A stretch of 55,577 nt of DNA, taken from the IMG/VR virus record IMGVR_UViG_3300029681_000005; one strand, written 5' to 3'. Shown piece after piece: positions 16,499 to 24,352 of the stretch. This stretch comes from a virus. The position numbers and the translations under genes are program-made. Numbering within the stretch: the stretch's first letter is position 1; every line of letters begins with the position of its first letter. The notes under the pieces were generated by a model. The model did not search any database and was not told the DNA's origin. It saw only the letters and a list, made by a program, of their open reading frames with translations.

Positions 16499-17718
16499 AT
16501 ATTGAAAATCAGACCCAATACATCCTGCTGGGGGCAGTTCTTACGTTTTCTGAGTATGCCGATGTGCTGCAAGACCTTAAAATCGACGATTTTTGCCTTG
16601 AACTGCGTGATACATTCGCTGCCATTCGTGGCTATTGGGAACACAACGACAAGTGGAACCCGGTAGAAGTCATGGGGCGGTACGATAACTGCAAGAAAGC
16701 AATGGGTGAATGCCTGGATGCCTTCGGTGCAGAGTTTATCCGCAACGTCACCCATGACATGATGCTTGGATGGGCTAGAATCGTCAAGGAACAGGCAGCA
16801 TTGTCCAGAGCCAGAGAGATTGCATTCAAAATCGTTGATGACTCGACCAGATACGCAGACCTGACAGGCATCTATGAGCAGCTAGGCGAAGCAATCAACC
16901 TGCACAACGAGAGAAGCGATTTCATTCCGATGTGCGATGGCATAGACAACTACATCCGCAAGCTGGATGATAAGCCGGAGTATATCAGCACAGGGCTTAG
17001 AGTGCTAGATAACAACTTGCATCTTGTGCCGGGCAACTTCGTTGTGATCGGCGGCAGACCGTCTGCCGGTAAAACGGCGTTATCCTTGCAACTGGCTTGT
17101 GAAATAGCAAAAAACGGACGCAAAGTGGCGTATTTCAGCCTAGAGACTGACCCTGACACACTCTATGCTCGTATCATCGCAAACCAGCTAGGCGTACCGC
17201 TTCACACGGTCAAAAACAAGACCGTCAGCATTAACGAACTTGACAGACTGGCAGCTATCAAGAAATATCCGCTGTTCGTCCGCTCTGCCGCTGGTAAGAG
17301 CGTTGGGTGGATTAGAACACAGTCCATCAGAATGCAAGCCAAAGTAGTTTTCATCGACTATTTGCAGCTTATCCATCAAGCCGGAGCAAAAGACCGATAC
17401 AGTGCCGTCACAGAAATCAGCATGGCACTGCATGAGTTTGCACAGTCTACAGGAACGCTTGTGGTAGCACTTGCACAGCTCAATCGAGAAACCGCGAGAG
17501 CGGGTATCCCACCGACTGCCGCAGACTTGCGAGAATCCGGGCAAATCGAACAGGACGCAGATGCAATCATCCTGCTGGCGCAGAAAGTAAAAACGCAAAA
17601 GAGACCAGAAGAGCATTATCACTTTGCACTTGAGAAGAACAAAGAGGGCAACGTGGGGTCACTGGACATCACGTTTCAGATGGAGACCCAGCAGTTCAAA
17701 GAATGCGTGTGGATGTAA
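16495..17718 (+). CDS. dnaB: DnaB-family replicative helicase
   Basis: Walker A GGRPSAGKTALSLQLA, Walker B VVFIDYLQLI, and ALAQLNRE...DLRESGQIEQDAD. Confidence 0.85.
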   Translation: MNIENQTQYILLGAVLTFSEYADVLQDLKIDDFCLELRDTFAAIRGYWEHNDKWNPVEVMGRYDNCKKAMGECLDAFGAEFIRNVTHDMMLGWARIVKEQAALSRAREIAFKIVDDSTRYADLTGIYEQLGEAINLHNERSDFIPMCDGIDNYIRKLDDKPEYISTGLRVLDNNLHLVPGNFVVIGGRPSAGKTALSLQLACEIAKNGRKVAYFSLETDPDTLYARIIANQLGVPLHTVKNKTVSINELDRLAAIKKYPLFVRSAAGKSVGWIRTQSIRMQAKVVFIDYLQLIHQAGAKDRYSAVTEISMALHEFAQSTGTLVVALAQLNRETARAGIPPTAADLRESGQIEQDADAIILLAQKVKTQKRPEEHYHFALEKNKEGNVGSLDITFQMETQQFKECVWM

Positions 17719-17847
17719 CATCGCTTCTGCGCTCGTATCGTCACAGTAAAATAGACAAGAAAAACAGATAACAGGGTCTAGGCGATAAAGTTACCGTCTG
17801 AACCCTATAAATATTTTTCACTACATAAAATACAGGAGGAAAAGGCT

Positions 17848-18057
17848 ATGGTTCCAAACATGGCTGCTGTCCATGCTATCATCATCGCCAATGTGCATAG
17901 ACGGCACGAAGAAGAATACAAGCGAGAGTGCCAAAGACGCGAACAAGAAGAAAAACAACGAGCAGAACGAATGATCTGTCGAAAGACCATTTCATGCCGA
18001 GCTTGCATGGACTATTTGCCGGAAACTTGCCCAAAAAAGAAAATCAACCAAAAATAA
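17848..18057 (+). CDS. Hypothetical charged protein (69 aa)
   Basis: AGGAGGAAAAGG upstream. Confidence 0.5.
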   Translation: MVPNMAAVHAIIIANVHRRHEEEYKRECQRREQEEKQRAERMICRKTISCRACMDYLPETCPKKKINQK

Positions 18058-18076
18058 CGCAAAGGAGAAAACAACT

Positions 18077-18379
18077 ATGGCACTTACTAACATCGAACGT
18101 GAAACTATCATCAATTTCAACGCAGCGGAAGATACCGCAGAAGTCTACACGGCTGACCCGGTTTACATTCGCAAGCTGGACAAGCTCTGTGAGCAGTTCC
18201 CTGACACATACAAGTTTATGGCAGATCTGTCTGCCAAGCGGTGCAAGGAATCCAAGACTTATTCGATGCCGAAACGTCTTGTGAAGTTCCGGTCGCCTTT
18301 CACTCGTGAGATTAGCGAAGAGCAGCGTGAAGCACTGGCAGAGCGTCTGCGTAAGGCAAGAGAAGCCAAGAATATCTAA
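18077..18379 (+). CDS. Hypothetical protein (100 aa)
   Basis: AAAGGAGAAAA upstream. Confidence 0.6.
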   Translation: MALTNIERETIINFNAAEDTAEVYTADPVYIRKLDKLCEQFPDTYKFMADLSAKRCKESKTYSMPKRLVKFRSPFTREISEEQREALAERLRKAREAKNI

Positions 18380-18569
18380 TCTTAGCTCGCGCGGCTACAA
18401 AACTACTGTATCAGAAAGCATGGAATGGTGTCAGGTAGTAAAACTACCCTCTGCGACTATTCTATGCTTTTCTCTCTTGTTATTTATCATGGTAAAACGA
18501 TAAGGCCTGGATTTTAGAAAGAATTGTCTAATCGCAGGGCAGATTGAGACGAAATGGATGCGATTATTA

Positions 18570-18635
18570 CATACCAAGCGATACGAATCGTACCAGTTGA
18601 TACGAATGGTATGCGTTGGTATCATGGTATACCAA
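18570..18635. repeat. Second copy of the origin-like repeat cluster (same motif set as 16111-16181)
   Basis: CATACCAA, GATACGAATCGTACCA, GATACGAATGGTAT, TTGGTATCA and TGGTATACCAA. Confidence 0.7.
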
Positions 18636-18640
18636 TCTTT

Positions 18641-18706
18641 CCCCCTTTCTTCCCCCTCTTTCCCCTACAACCCCTATTATCCCCTATAATCCCCCTAACT
18701 CCCCCC
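18641..18706. repeat. Seven tandem units of about 10 bp, CCCC(C)T-N5. The minus strand is G-run rich
   Basis: C-runs start at 18641, 18652, 18662, 18671, 18681, 18691 and 18701. Followed by a 9-bp hairpin, 18705-18729. Confidence 0.8.
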
Positions 18707-19687
18707 TCAAACAAATAAATTGTTTGAGGCCCCACGCCAAAATGGTGAGACAACTGCGACAACTGAAAATGACAACCATATTTTTTGCAAAGGTTCTTTC
18801 TCCCTACAACCCTCTATCTCCAAAGCTACACCGTTAGCCAGCAGGTCAGACCGTGACTAACATCTACCGTCAGGTTCTATTTGCTGAATATGGGCATACC
18901 GTCTATCTGACCTCTACGTTGCGTCACCCTCTATCGTCCGGCGCACCGCGCCGACCGGGTGACCTTCAACGGTAACGGCATCTAGCCTGTAAAGGGTGAC
19001 AGTATCTGACCCACCACCATCTGCGACTATTTCACATGGAGGATTGACTTCATTTTGTAGTCAGCAGAATATGTAGAAATGTTGCATAGATGTATGAGCA
19101 GTTGATTACAAATTGAAAGCAACTGACCAGTCGGATAGTCTTATTAGATGGTTAAAAGTATTGAGGCATTTGCCGAATGGATAATCATAGTCGATTGGTA
19201 TGATATAATTGTAGTTGTCAGTAATTAAATCGGAGAAGGACGAACCGAATCGGATGATACGACTATTACGGTGGAATAATAGTTAAAAAGATTGAGCAAT
19301 TATTTGCGACTATTATAATAAGTACGATGGATAAATATTTTGAGGTAATGTGATTGGGATTAAAATTGACAGGTGTCTTTACACATATTGATTTTTTTGG
19401 TGGTCTGATGACTTAGCGACTATCGCACCTCTCTTTCTCTAAAATGCAAACGACTATTTCACACAAAAAATACACGACTATTTGACGATAGCTCGCAAGA
19501 AAACGCTACGACTATTGCTTTGCGACTATCAGCGGACAGCTCGTTACTATACTATATATAGGACTTTCAAGCACTGGTCGCATGACAACTTTACGACTAT
19601 TCTACGACTATTGCTGGCCTCTATTAGCTATCGGGCGAAAGCCCGAAAAGAGAAGCGGCGAGAGCCGCCAATGGTTCCGCGCCGCCG

Positions 19688-19751
19688 TGCCAGGAAGAAA
19701 GCACAATGCCAGGCTAATGCCAGGCTAACCCGGTGCCAGGCTAATGCCAGG
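19688..19751. repeat. Five copies of TGCCAGG(CTAA), two pairs spaced 11 bp
   Basis: TGCCAGG at 19688, 19707, 19718, 19734 and 19745. Confidence 0.75.
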
Positions 19752-20165
19752 AGTGGGAAGCATCGAGACCCCGCCGGGCTTGCGTGGTCTGCTGTATGCT
19801 GCACTGTCTGGCATGGATCTATAGCAGGGATGTTCCATTATATACCTTATTATAATACGCGGTCTGTGTTGACCTGTACAGTGTCCGGCGTGGCGGTGGT
19901 ATCTTGTATCGGTGCAGGCCGTCCGGTCGCTGTGATACGCTCCAGCGTGGCGCAGGTGGTATTATAGCCGCTTGTGTCGGTCTGGTGTATACGGTGTTAG
20001 AATGAGTCAAATAGCCGGAAAAGCACCTGTAAAGCCCTGTGTACTGTTTTGTTGTGTTGACGGTATTACTTGTATTGATTGCACAAAACGCACTGTAAAC
20101 GCTTGTATACGGCTGTATTGTAACAGGATAAAATAAAAGCCCTGCACTCTCAGCAGATGCAAGGT

Positions 20166-20196
20166 AAAAGAAAAGCCCCGCCAGCGTGGGCGGGGG
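20166..20196 (-). terminator. Rho-independent terminator ending the minus-strand module
   Basis: Minus strand reads CCCCGCC-cacgct-GGCGGGG followed by CTTTTCTTTT. Confidence 0.6.
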
Positions 20197-20207
20197 TGAG
20201 AATTTTA

Positions 20208-20423
20208 TTAGTGCCATTCAATTAAACGCTTTGTGCGCTTCAATCCTGCCAGCGTATAATCTCCGCTGACATTATCCCATACACGGGAGCGGGTGTTATA
20301 GGCGTATGGATAAAGCGTTGTCTGATTTGCGCTGTCCCAATTTACTGCATGATGTACTTTTCCGGTCTCATCGTCCACGTAAATGCTCAAACCGTTGACT
20401 TCGTGCTTAGTGTAAGTTTTCAT
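20208..20423 (-). CDS. Hypothetical protein (71 aa)
   Basis: Start moved to MKTYTKHE (AGAAAGAAAGG upstream). Confidence 0.5.
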   Translation of the reverse strand: MKTYTKHEVNGLSIYVDDETGKVHHAVNWDSANQTTLYPYAYNTRSRVWDNVSGDYTLAGLKRTKRLIEWH

Positions 20424-20633
20424 GATAATGCCTTTCTTTCTGGGCTTTTGCCCTTTTTTATAGTATATCATATTGCAGGCCCCAAAAACAGGACTTGCAA
20501 AATATTTTTCGCCCTTTTGGGCTGGGGCGGGGTTGCTTTACGGTGCAGCCCCGCTAAAGTGTCCGGGTGGTTTATTTGCTGGCTTTAAAGAGTGCAGAGA
20601 AAAACCAGAAGAAAAACAGGATGCAAGATAATA

Positions 20634-20900
20634 TCATTTTGCGTTCACCTCCTGAATGCTGCCGATTTCGGCGGCGGTGTATATTTCGCCGCAATAGCCG
20701 CGAAAAAGGTAAATCCAGTCCCACGCATCAGCGGCGGACAAAAAGACATTGCAAGCGCTGTATAAACCGCCGTTATATTGAATATATCCAGGTACGATAT
20801 AGCTGGGCGTCTTTTTGGCTTTTGCCGTGTCGATCTCTACAACTCTCCACACGCTGCACCCACGCACAACAGGGATATATACTTTATCAGGATAAATCAT
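20634..20900 (-). CDS. Hypothetical protein (88 aa)
   Basis: Start moved to MIYPDKVY with GGAGGG 8 nt upstream. Confidence 0.55.
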   Translation of the reverse strand: MIYPDKVYIPVVRGCSVWRVVEIDTAKAKKTPSYIVPGYIQYNGGLYSACNVFLSAADAWDWIYLFRGYCGEIYTAAEIGSIQEVNAK

Positions 20901-20914
20901 TGTTAAACCCTCCA

Positions 20915-21178
20915 TCATACCACGCTAAACCGCTTGTATGTGGTGCGCTTGCTGCACTCAGCATAAATATCCGGGTGCACGGCCTGTAAAAGCTTGCTAT
21001 CAAGTCGGATGCTCTGCACATCCTTATAAATGGCTTTTGCCGTGCCCTGTACCATTTCCGGCGCGCCGTGCATCATGTCGATGATTTCAGCCTTTACAGC
21101 GTCGTTCATTGCTTCTAACTCTTCAATTAACCGCTTGTTTTCGCGGTATGCGTTCACTTTTTCTTCAAATGCCGTCAT
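20915..21178 (-). CDS. Hypothetical protein (87 aa)
   Basis: Start moved to MTAFEEKV after GAGGTG. Confidence 0.55.
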   Translation of the reverse strand: MTAFEEKVNAYRENKRLIEELEAMNDAVKAEIIDMMHGAPEMVQGTAKAIYKDVQSIRLDSKLLQAVHPDIYAECSKRTTYKRFSVV

Positions 21179-21192
21179 TTTTTGCACCTCAT

Positions 21193-21375
21193 TTAATAAC
21201 AAATGTATTCAACGGATTGCCAATATTCGTCGTTTTCGGCGTTCCAAGACCGGATTTCGGCTTTTTTAATCCGTTTGATAACGTCGTAGGCGTGGCCGTG
21301 ATATACAGCATACCGATATTTTACAGTATCTAATGCGCCAGCTTTAAGCAGCTTTGCACGAAATGCTTTTGTCAT
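21193..21375 (-). CDS. Hypothetical protein (60 aa)
   Basis: AGGAGG 6 nt upstream. Confidence 0.55.
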   Translation of the reverse strand: MTKAFRAKLLKAGALDTVKYRYAVYHGHAYDVIKRIKKAEIRSWNAENDEYWQSVEYICY

Positions 21376-21387
21376 TGTCTCCCCTCC

Positions 21388-21495
21388 TTACTGCTCCGCC
21401 CGGTCGTTGAGCCAGACCAGACAGAGAAGAAAGCCGGAAATCATGCCGCCCACATACCAGAGGGCGGCCCACTGCGAAAAATCCAATGTAATCAT
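21388..21495 (-). CDS. Micro membrane protein (35 aa, MITLDFSQWAALWYVGGMISGFLLCLVWLNDRAEQ)
   Basis: ATGA overlap with the upstream gene, and its stop lies inside the next RBS; translated by hand. Confidence 0.45.
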   Translation of the reverse strand: MITLDFSQWAALWYVGGMISGFLLCLVWLNDRAEQ

Positions 21496-21830
21496 GCGTT
21501 GCACACCTCCCGAACAAATTCCACTTGCAAGTTGTGCAGGCGCTTTGCCAGCTCTTCAACGTTCCACAAATCCCGGCGCATTTCCCGCGCCCGTTTTTCG
21601 TAACGGCTGACCGTTTCGCGGTCGGGCTTGATGTTACCAAAAGGCCGGTACCCGGTGCAGATTGCAACGCCTGAGGTGATAGGGTAAATATCGGCGTTCC
21701 ATCCATACACACCGGCAGTATAGGCGGCGGGGTCGTCCATGCACAACATATTCTGCGCATCACAATAGCTCACTTGGATAATGGTCGGATACTGGGATTT
21801 AATATCTCGCATGGTTCTTCTTATTTTCAT
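21492..21830 (-). CDS. Hypothetical protein (112 aa)
   Basis: AAGGAGG 8 nt upstream; conserved-looking core YCDAQNML...AYTAGVYGWNADIY...CTGYRPFG. Confidence 0.6.
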   Translation of the reverse strand: MKIRRTMRDIKSQYPTIIQVSYCDAQNMLCMDDPAAYTAGVYGWNADIYPITSGVAICTGYRPFGNIKPDRETVSRYEKRAREMRRDLWNVEELAKRLHNLQVEFVREVCNA

Positions 21831-21833
21831 GGT

Positions 21834-22259
21834 TTAGGCCTCCTTGCAATACAGGCCGTTGGTGCGGCAGATGGTGCGGATACGGTTGCAAGCTTGATAC
21901 AGTGCGCGGGCTTGCACATCAAGCCACGATTCCCGGCTGTTGGGGGCGTTCATTCCGTTATCGGTGCGCTTGAGTTCGGACGGAGTGCAGACGCGGGCGG
22001 CAATATCAGCATTATAGCAGATGGAGCAGCCGCCGTTGCTGTACTGCTCCCAGCAGCTTGCGCCGTTGAGCGCCCACCGCTCAAGCTCTGCGCCGTCAAT
22101 CGGGAGCCGCTCCACGTCATTTGCGCCCCACTGGATATCCTCCAGCAGGTCAAGAGCGTACAGCGTAACAGCCTTGTCCCACGCGCTGCGGTCGTGGCGG
22201 GCGTTGAGTTCGGCGCGGATGGTGGTTGCGAGTGCGGTATAGTCGATGGTCTGTTTCAT
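21834..22259 (-). CDS. Hypothetical protein (141 aa)
   Basis: Start moved to MKQTIDY after AGGAGG. Confidence 0.6.
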   Translation of the reverse strand: MKQTIDYTALATTIRAELNARHDRSAWDKAVTLYALDLLEDIQWGANDVERLPIDGAELERWALNGASCWEQYSNGGCSICYNADIAARVCTPSELKRTDNGMNAPNSRESWLDVQARALYQACNRIRTICRTNGLYCKEA

Positions 22260-22289
22260 GGTTTTGTCCTCCTGTTTTGTGGTGGTGTT

Positions 22290-22333
22290 GTGTCTCATTC
22301 TTGTGATATTATAATATCACACTTTTGAGACAC
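22290..22333. promoter_or_regulatory. Composite palindrome (8 + 20 + 8 bp) containing TATAAT on both strands: operator/promoter of the minus-strand module
   Basis: GTGTCTCA-ttct-TGTGATATTATAATATCACA-cttt-TGAGACAC. The central 20 bp is a perfect palindrome (22302-22321). Confidence 0.65.
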
Positions 22334-22820
22334 TGTAAAGGGGTTTTCCGTTGCACGCGCAACAAATGTATTCAAAAATGAGATATATTTTTGAACCGCT
22401 GCGCTGTGTCCAAATCTGCACAGTTTCGGACACAATGCGCAGGCAGTCCAGCGCCCCGCGCCCTGTCCGATTGTCCCGGCGCGGTCTGTCTGGTATCGAG
22501 TGCAGACCGGTGCAGCGTGTCCAGCGTCCAGGCGTGTGCGCACCGCCCTGGTTCTTGCACGGCCTGCAATGCTGCCTGTGATGTGCAGGCCGTCCGGGTG
22601 CGCTGTGGTGCTGGGGTCTCCACCGGCGGGGTATACAGCCGCCGCCCAGCCCCGCCCGGTCAGTCTCTCAACCACCGAAAAAATAAAAAAGGCTCCCCCA
22701 CCTTCACAAAACGACACCTATCTGGTTGTGCAAGTCTCCAAAAATTCCAAAAAATAAAAAAAGACCCCTCTCCCGGTCTAATCTGTGCTATACTTGACCG
22801 TAAGAAAGGGGCATTGTAAA

Positions 22821-23402
22821 ATGGCAAAACTCGTAAAGTGTAAACACTGCGGCGCAAGGATAGCGGCTACCGCTAAAACCTGTCCGCAGTGTGGTGGAGA
22901 GAATACACCGCCAAAGCCAGCTTATAAGCGGCTGTGGTTCAAAATCCTTATGGTAATGTTCGTATTGGCTTTTATTATGGATTTGGTAAGCCCTCGTAAC
23001 AAAACAGATACTGCGGCTAGCTCTGAAAGCGAAAAGTCAACATCATCTATTGCATCATCTGTAAAGGCAGAATCCGAAAGTTCGTCTGCTACTTCGGAAG
23101 AACCTGTAAAAGAGGACGACTCTTTTATTCTAATTGATGAAGTTCTTGGCGATTACGGAAAAGAAGAAACGAACAAAAGTGGTTATAAATATATCTGGTA
23201 CATGGTTCCGGCTGGCATATACGAAGTTGAGAATCGAAACAAAGAAGCTACAGTATTTGTGGTGTCTGATGCAAATTCTGACGATGTGAGCGATGTACTG
23301 AAATTTGAAAAAGCTGGCGAAAAGCAGAATGTTACCGTTAAAGACGGCTACCATATCGAACTTTCGATTAGCGCGGAAGTCTTGCTAACGCCAGTTGAAT
23401 AA
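22821..23402 (+). CDS. Zinc-ribbon / single-TM / extracytoplasmic-domain protein
   Basis: CKHCG...CPQCG, then TM WFKILMVMFVLAFIMDLV, then a Ser-rich linker. Confidence 0.6.
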   Translation: MAKLVKCKHCGARIAATAKTCPQCGGENTPPKPAYKRLWFKILMVMFVLAFIMDLVSPRNKTDTAASSESEKSTSSIASSVKAESESSSATSEEPVKEDDSFILIDEVLGDYGKEETNKSGYKYIWYMVPAGIYEVENRNKEATVFVVSDANSDDVSDVLKFEKAGEKQNVTVKDGYHIELSISAEVLLTPVE

Positions 23403-23417
23403 AGGGAGGAATTTGCA

Positions 23418-23561
23418 ATGAACCAAAAGAATGACAAAAATAAAGAAAAGAGAGAAAATAACGAAAAGATTGCCGCTTCAATATGGGGCATCATTGTGGG
23501 CGCCGCTCTTTTGGCTTTTGGCGTGTATCTTATGGCACATGGTATTTCAAACGCTATATAA
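23418..23561 (+). CDS. Micro membrane protein (47 aa)
   Basis: GGGAGGAA upstream; TM IWGIIVGAALLAFGVYLMA; translated by hand. Confidence 0.45.
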   Translation: MNQKNDKNKEKRENNEKIAASIWGIIVGAALLAFGVYLMAHGISNAI

Positions 23562-23591
23562 AATTCTGACCAAAGAAAGGAAGAATCAAAA

Positions 23592-24341
23592 ATGAGAAAG
23601 AGAATCATTGCGGCAGCTCTGGTAGCGGCCGTACTTTTAATGTCGCCTTTATGTGCGATAGCTGTCGAAAAGCCGGATGAGATTGCATCCCCTGCTCAAC
23701 TAGAAGAAACTAACGAAGAAGGAACTGTTAAAATTAAGGAATCTCATAGTCACCTTGAAACCAAGTACGAATACGGAAAAACGAGATACTATGTCTACTA
23801 CGCCGTACTGGTTGAGAATACATACCCCGATTACGCCGTTGATTTTGTATCTCTAAAGGCTTCTGTTTTCGGTTCTGACGGTTCAGTATTAAAAACCGAT
23901 GAACAAACCCTTGACTGGATTGCAGAGGGAGACTCTTATTGGTACGCTGGATATGTGTCGTTTGATTCCGAAGGCATTACTCCAACCAGAATGGAATACA
24001 CTATTACTGCAAATGAGCGGAATTTCCACAAAGCGAGCGCATCCAATCAGGCTATTCGTGCTGGTGAACTTTCCGTCACCAATGTTTCTAAACGCGGCTC
24101 TGGGTACGATCTGCGTTACACAGGTCAAATTACAAATAATAGCCAGTTCACGAGCAACTGGATAAAAGTTATCGTCATTTATAAAATGAAAGACACCGAA
24201 GGAAACGAAGTCCCTGTGGGTGGCGATTGCACATACATAACCGATGCACTTCCGTCTGGGCAAACAACAACATTTGAACTTTACCCATCGTCCGGGTTTG
24301 TTGGATATAGCTCCTACGAAGTCATTGCTTTGCAGGATTGA
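23592..24341 (+). CDS. Secreted protein with an N-terminal signal peptide (possibly FxLYD/DUF4352-like beta domain)
   Basis: MRKRIIAAALVAAVLLMSPLCAIA-VE; beta-rich C-terminus with TTTFELY. Confidence 0.6.
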   Translation: MRKRIIAAALVAAVLLMSPLCAIAVEKPDEIASPAQLEETNEEGTVKIKESHSHLETKYEYGKTRYYVYYAVLVENTYPDYAVDFVSLKASVFGSDGSVLKTDEQTLDWIAEGDSYWYAGYVSFDSEGITPTRMEYTITANERNFHKASASNQAIRAGELSVTNVSKRGSGYDLRYTGQITNNSQFTSNWIKVIVIYKMKDTEGNEVPVGGDCTYITDALPSGQTTTFELYPSSGFVGYSSYEVIALQD

Positions 24342-24352
24342 CCCATAACACA

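Larger units (their letters stand above)
18454..19611. repeat. Twelve dispersed copies of the box (T/A)(G/A)CGACTAT(T): 11 direct and 1 inverted
   Basis: CGACTAT cores at 18454, 19024, 19260, 19307, 19417, 19451, 19475, 19509, 19523, 19594 and 19605; ATAGTCG at 19187. Confidence 0.8.

Noticed and set aside
18454-19611. Possible CRISPR array, because of many short repeats
   Set aside because: The repeat core is only 7-10 bp and the spacing is irregular (11 to about 570 bp). One copy is inverted. There is no leader or cas gene. This does not fit CRISPR architecture.
18616-20217. Tracked ORFs 18616..18837, 19482..19967 and 19819..20217
   Set aside because: The Pro-rich ORF is a by-product of the CCCCT decamers. 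The others are Arg/Cys/Thr-rich, lack RBSs and cross the repeat arrays. They are treated as non-coding.
22295-22857. Tracked ORFs 22295..22717 (-), 22391..22819 (+), 22500..22757 (+) and others
   Set aside because: They are mutually overlapping frames in very GC-rich DNA with Ala/Arg/Cys/Pro-biased, low-complexity translations and no RBS. They are typical shadow ORFs.
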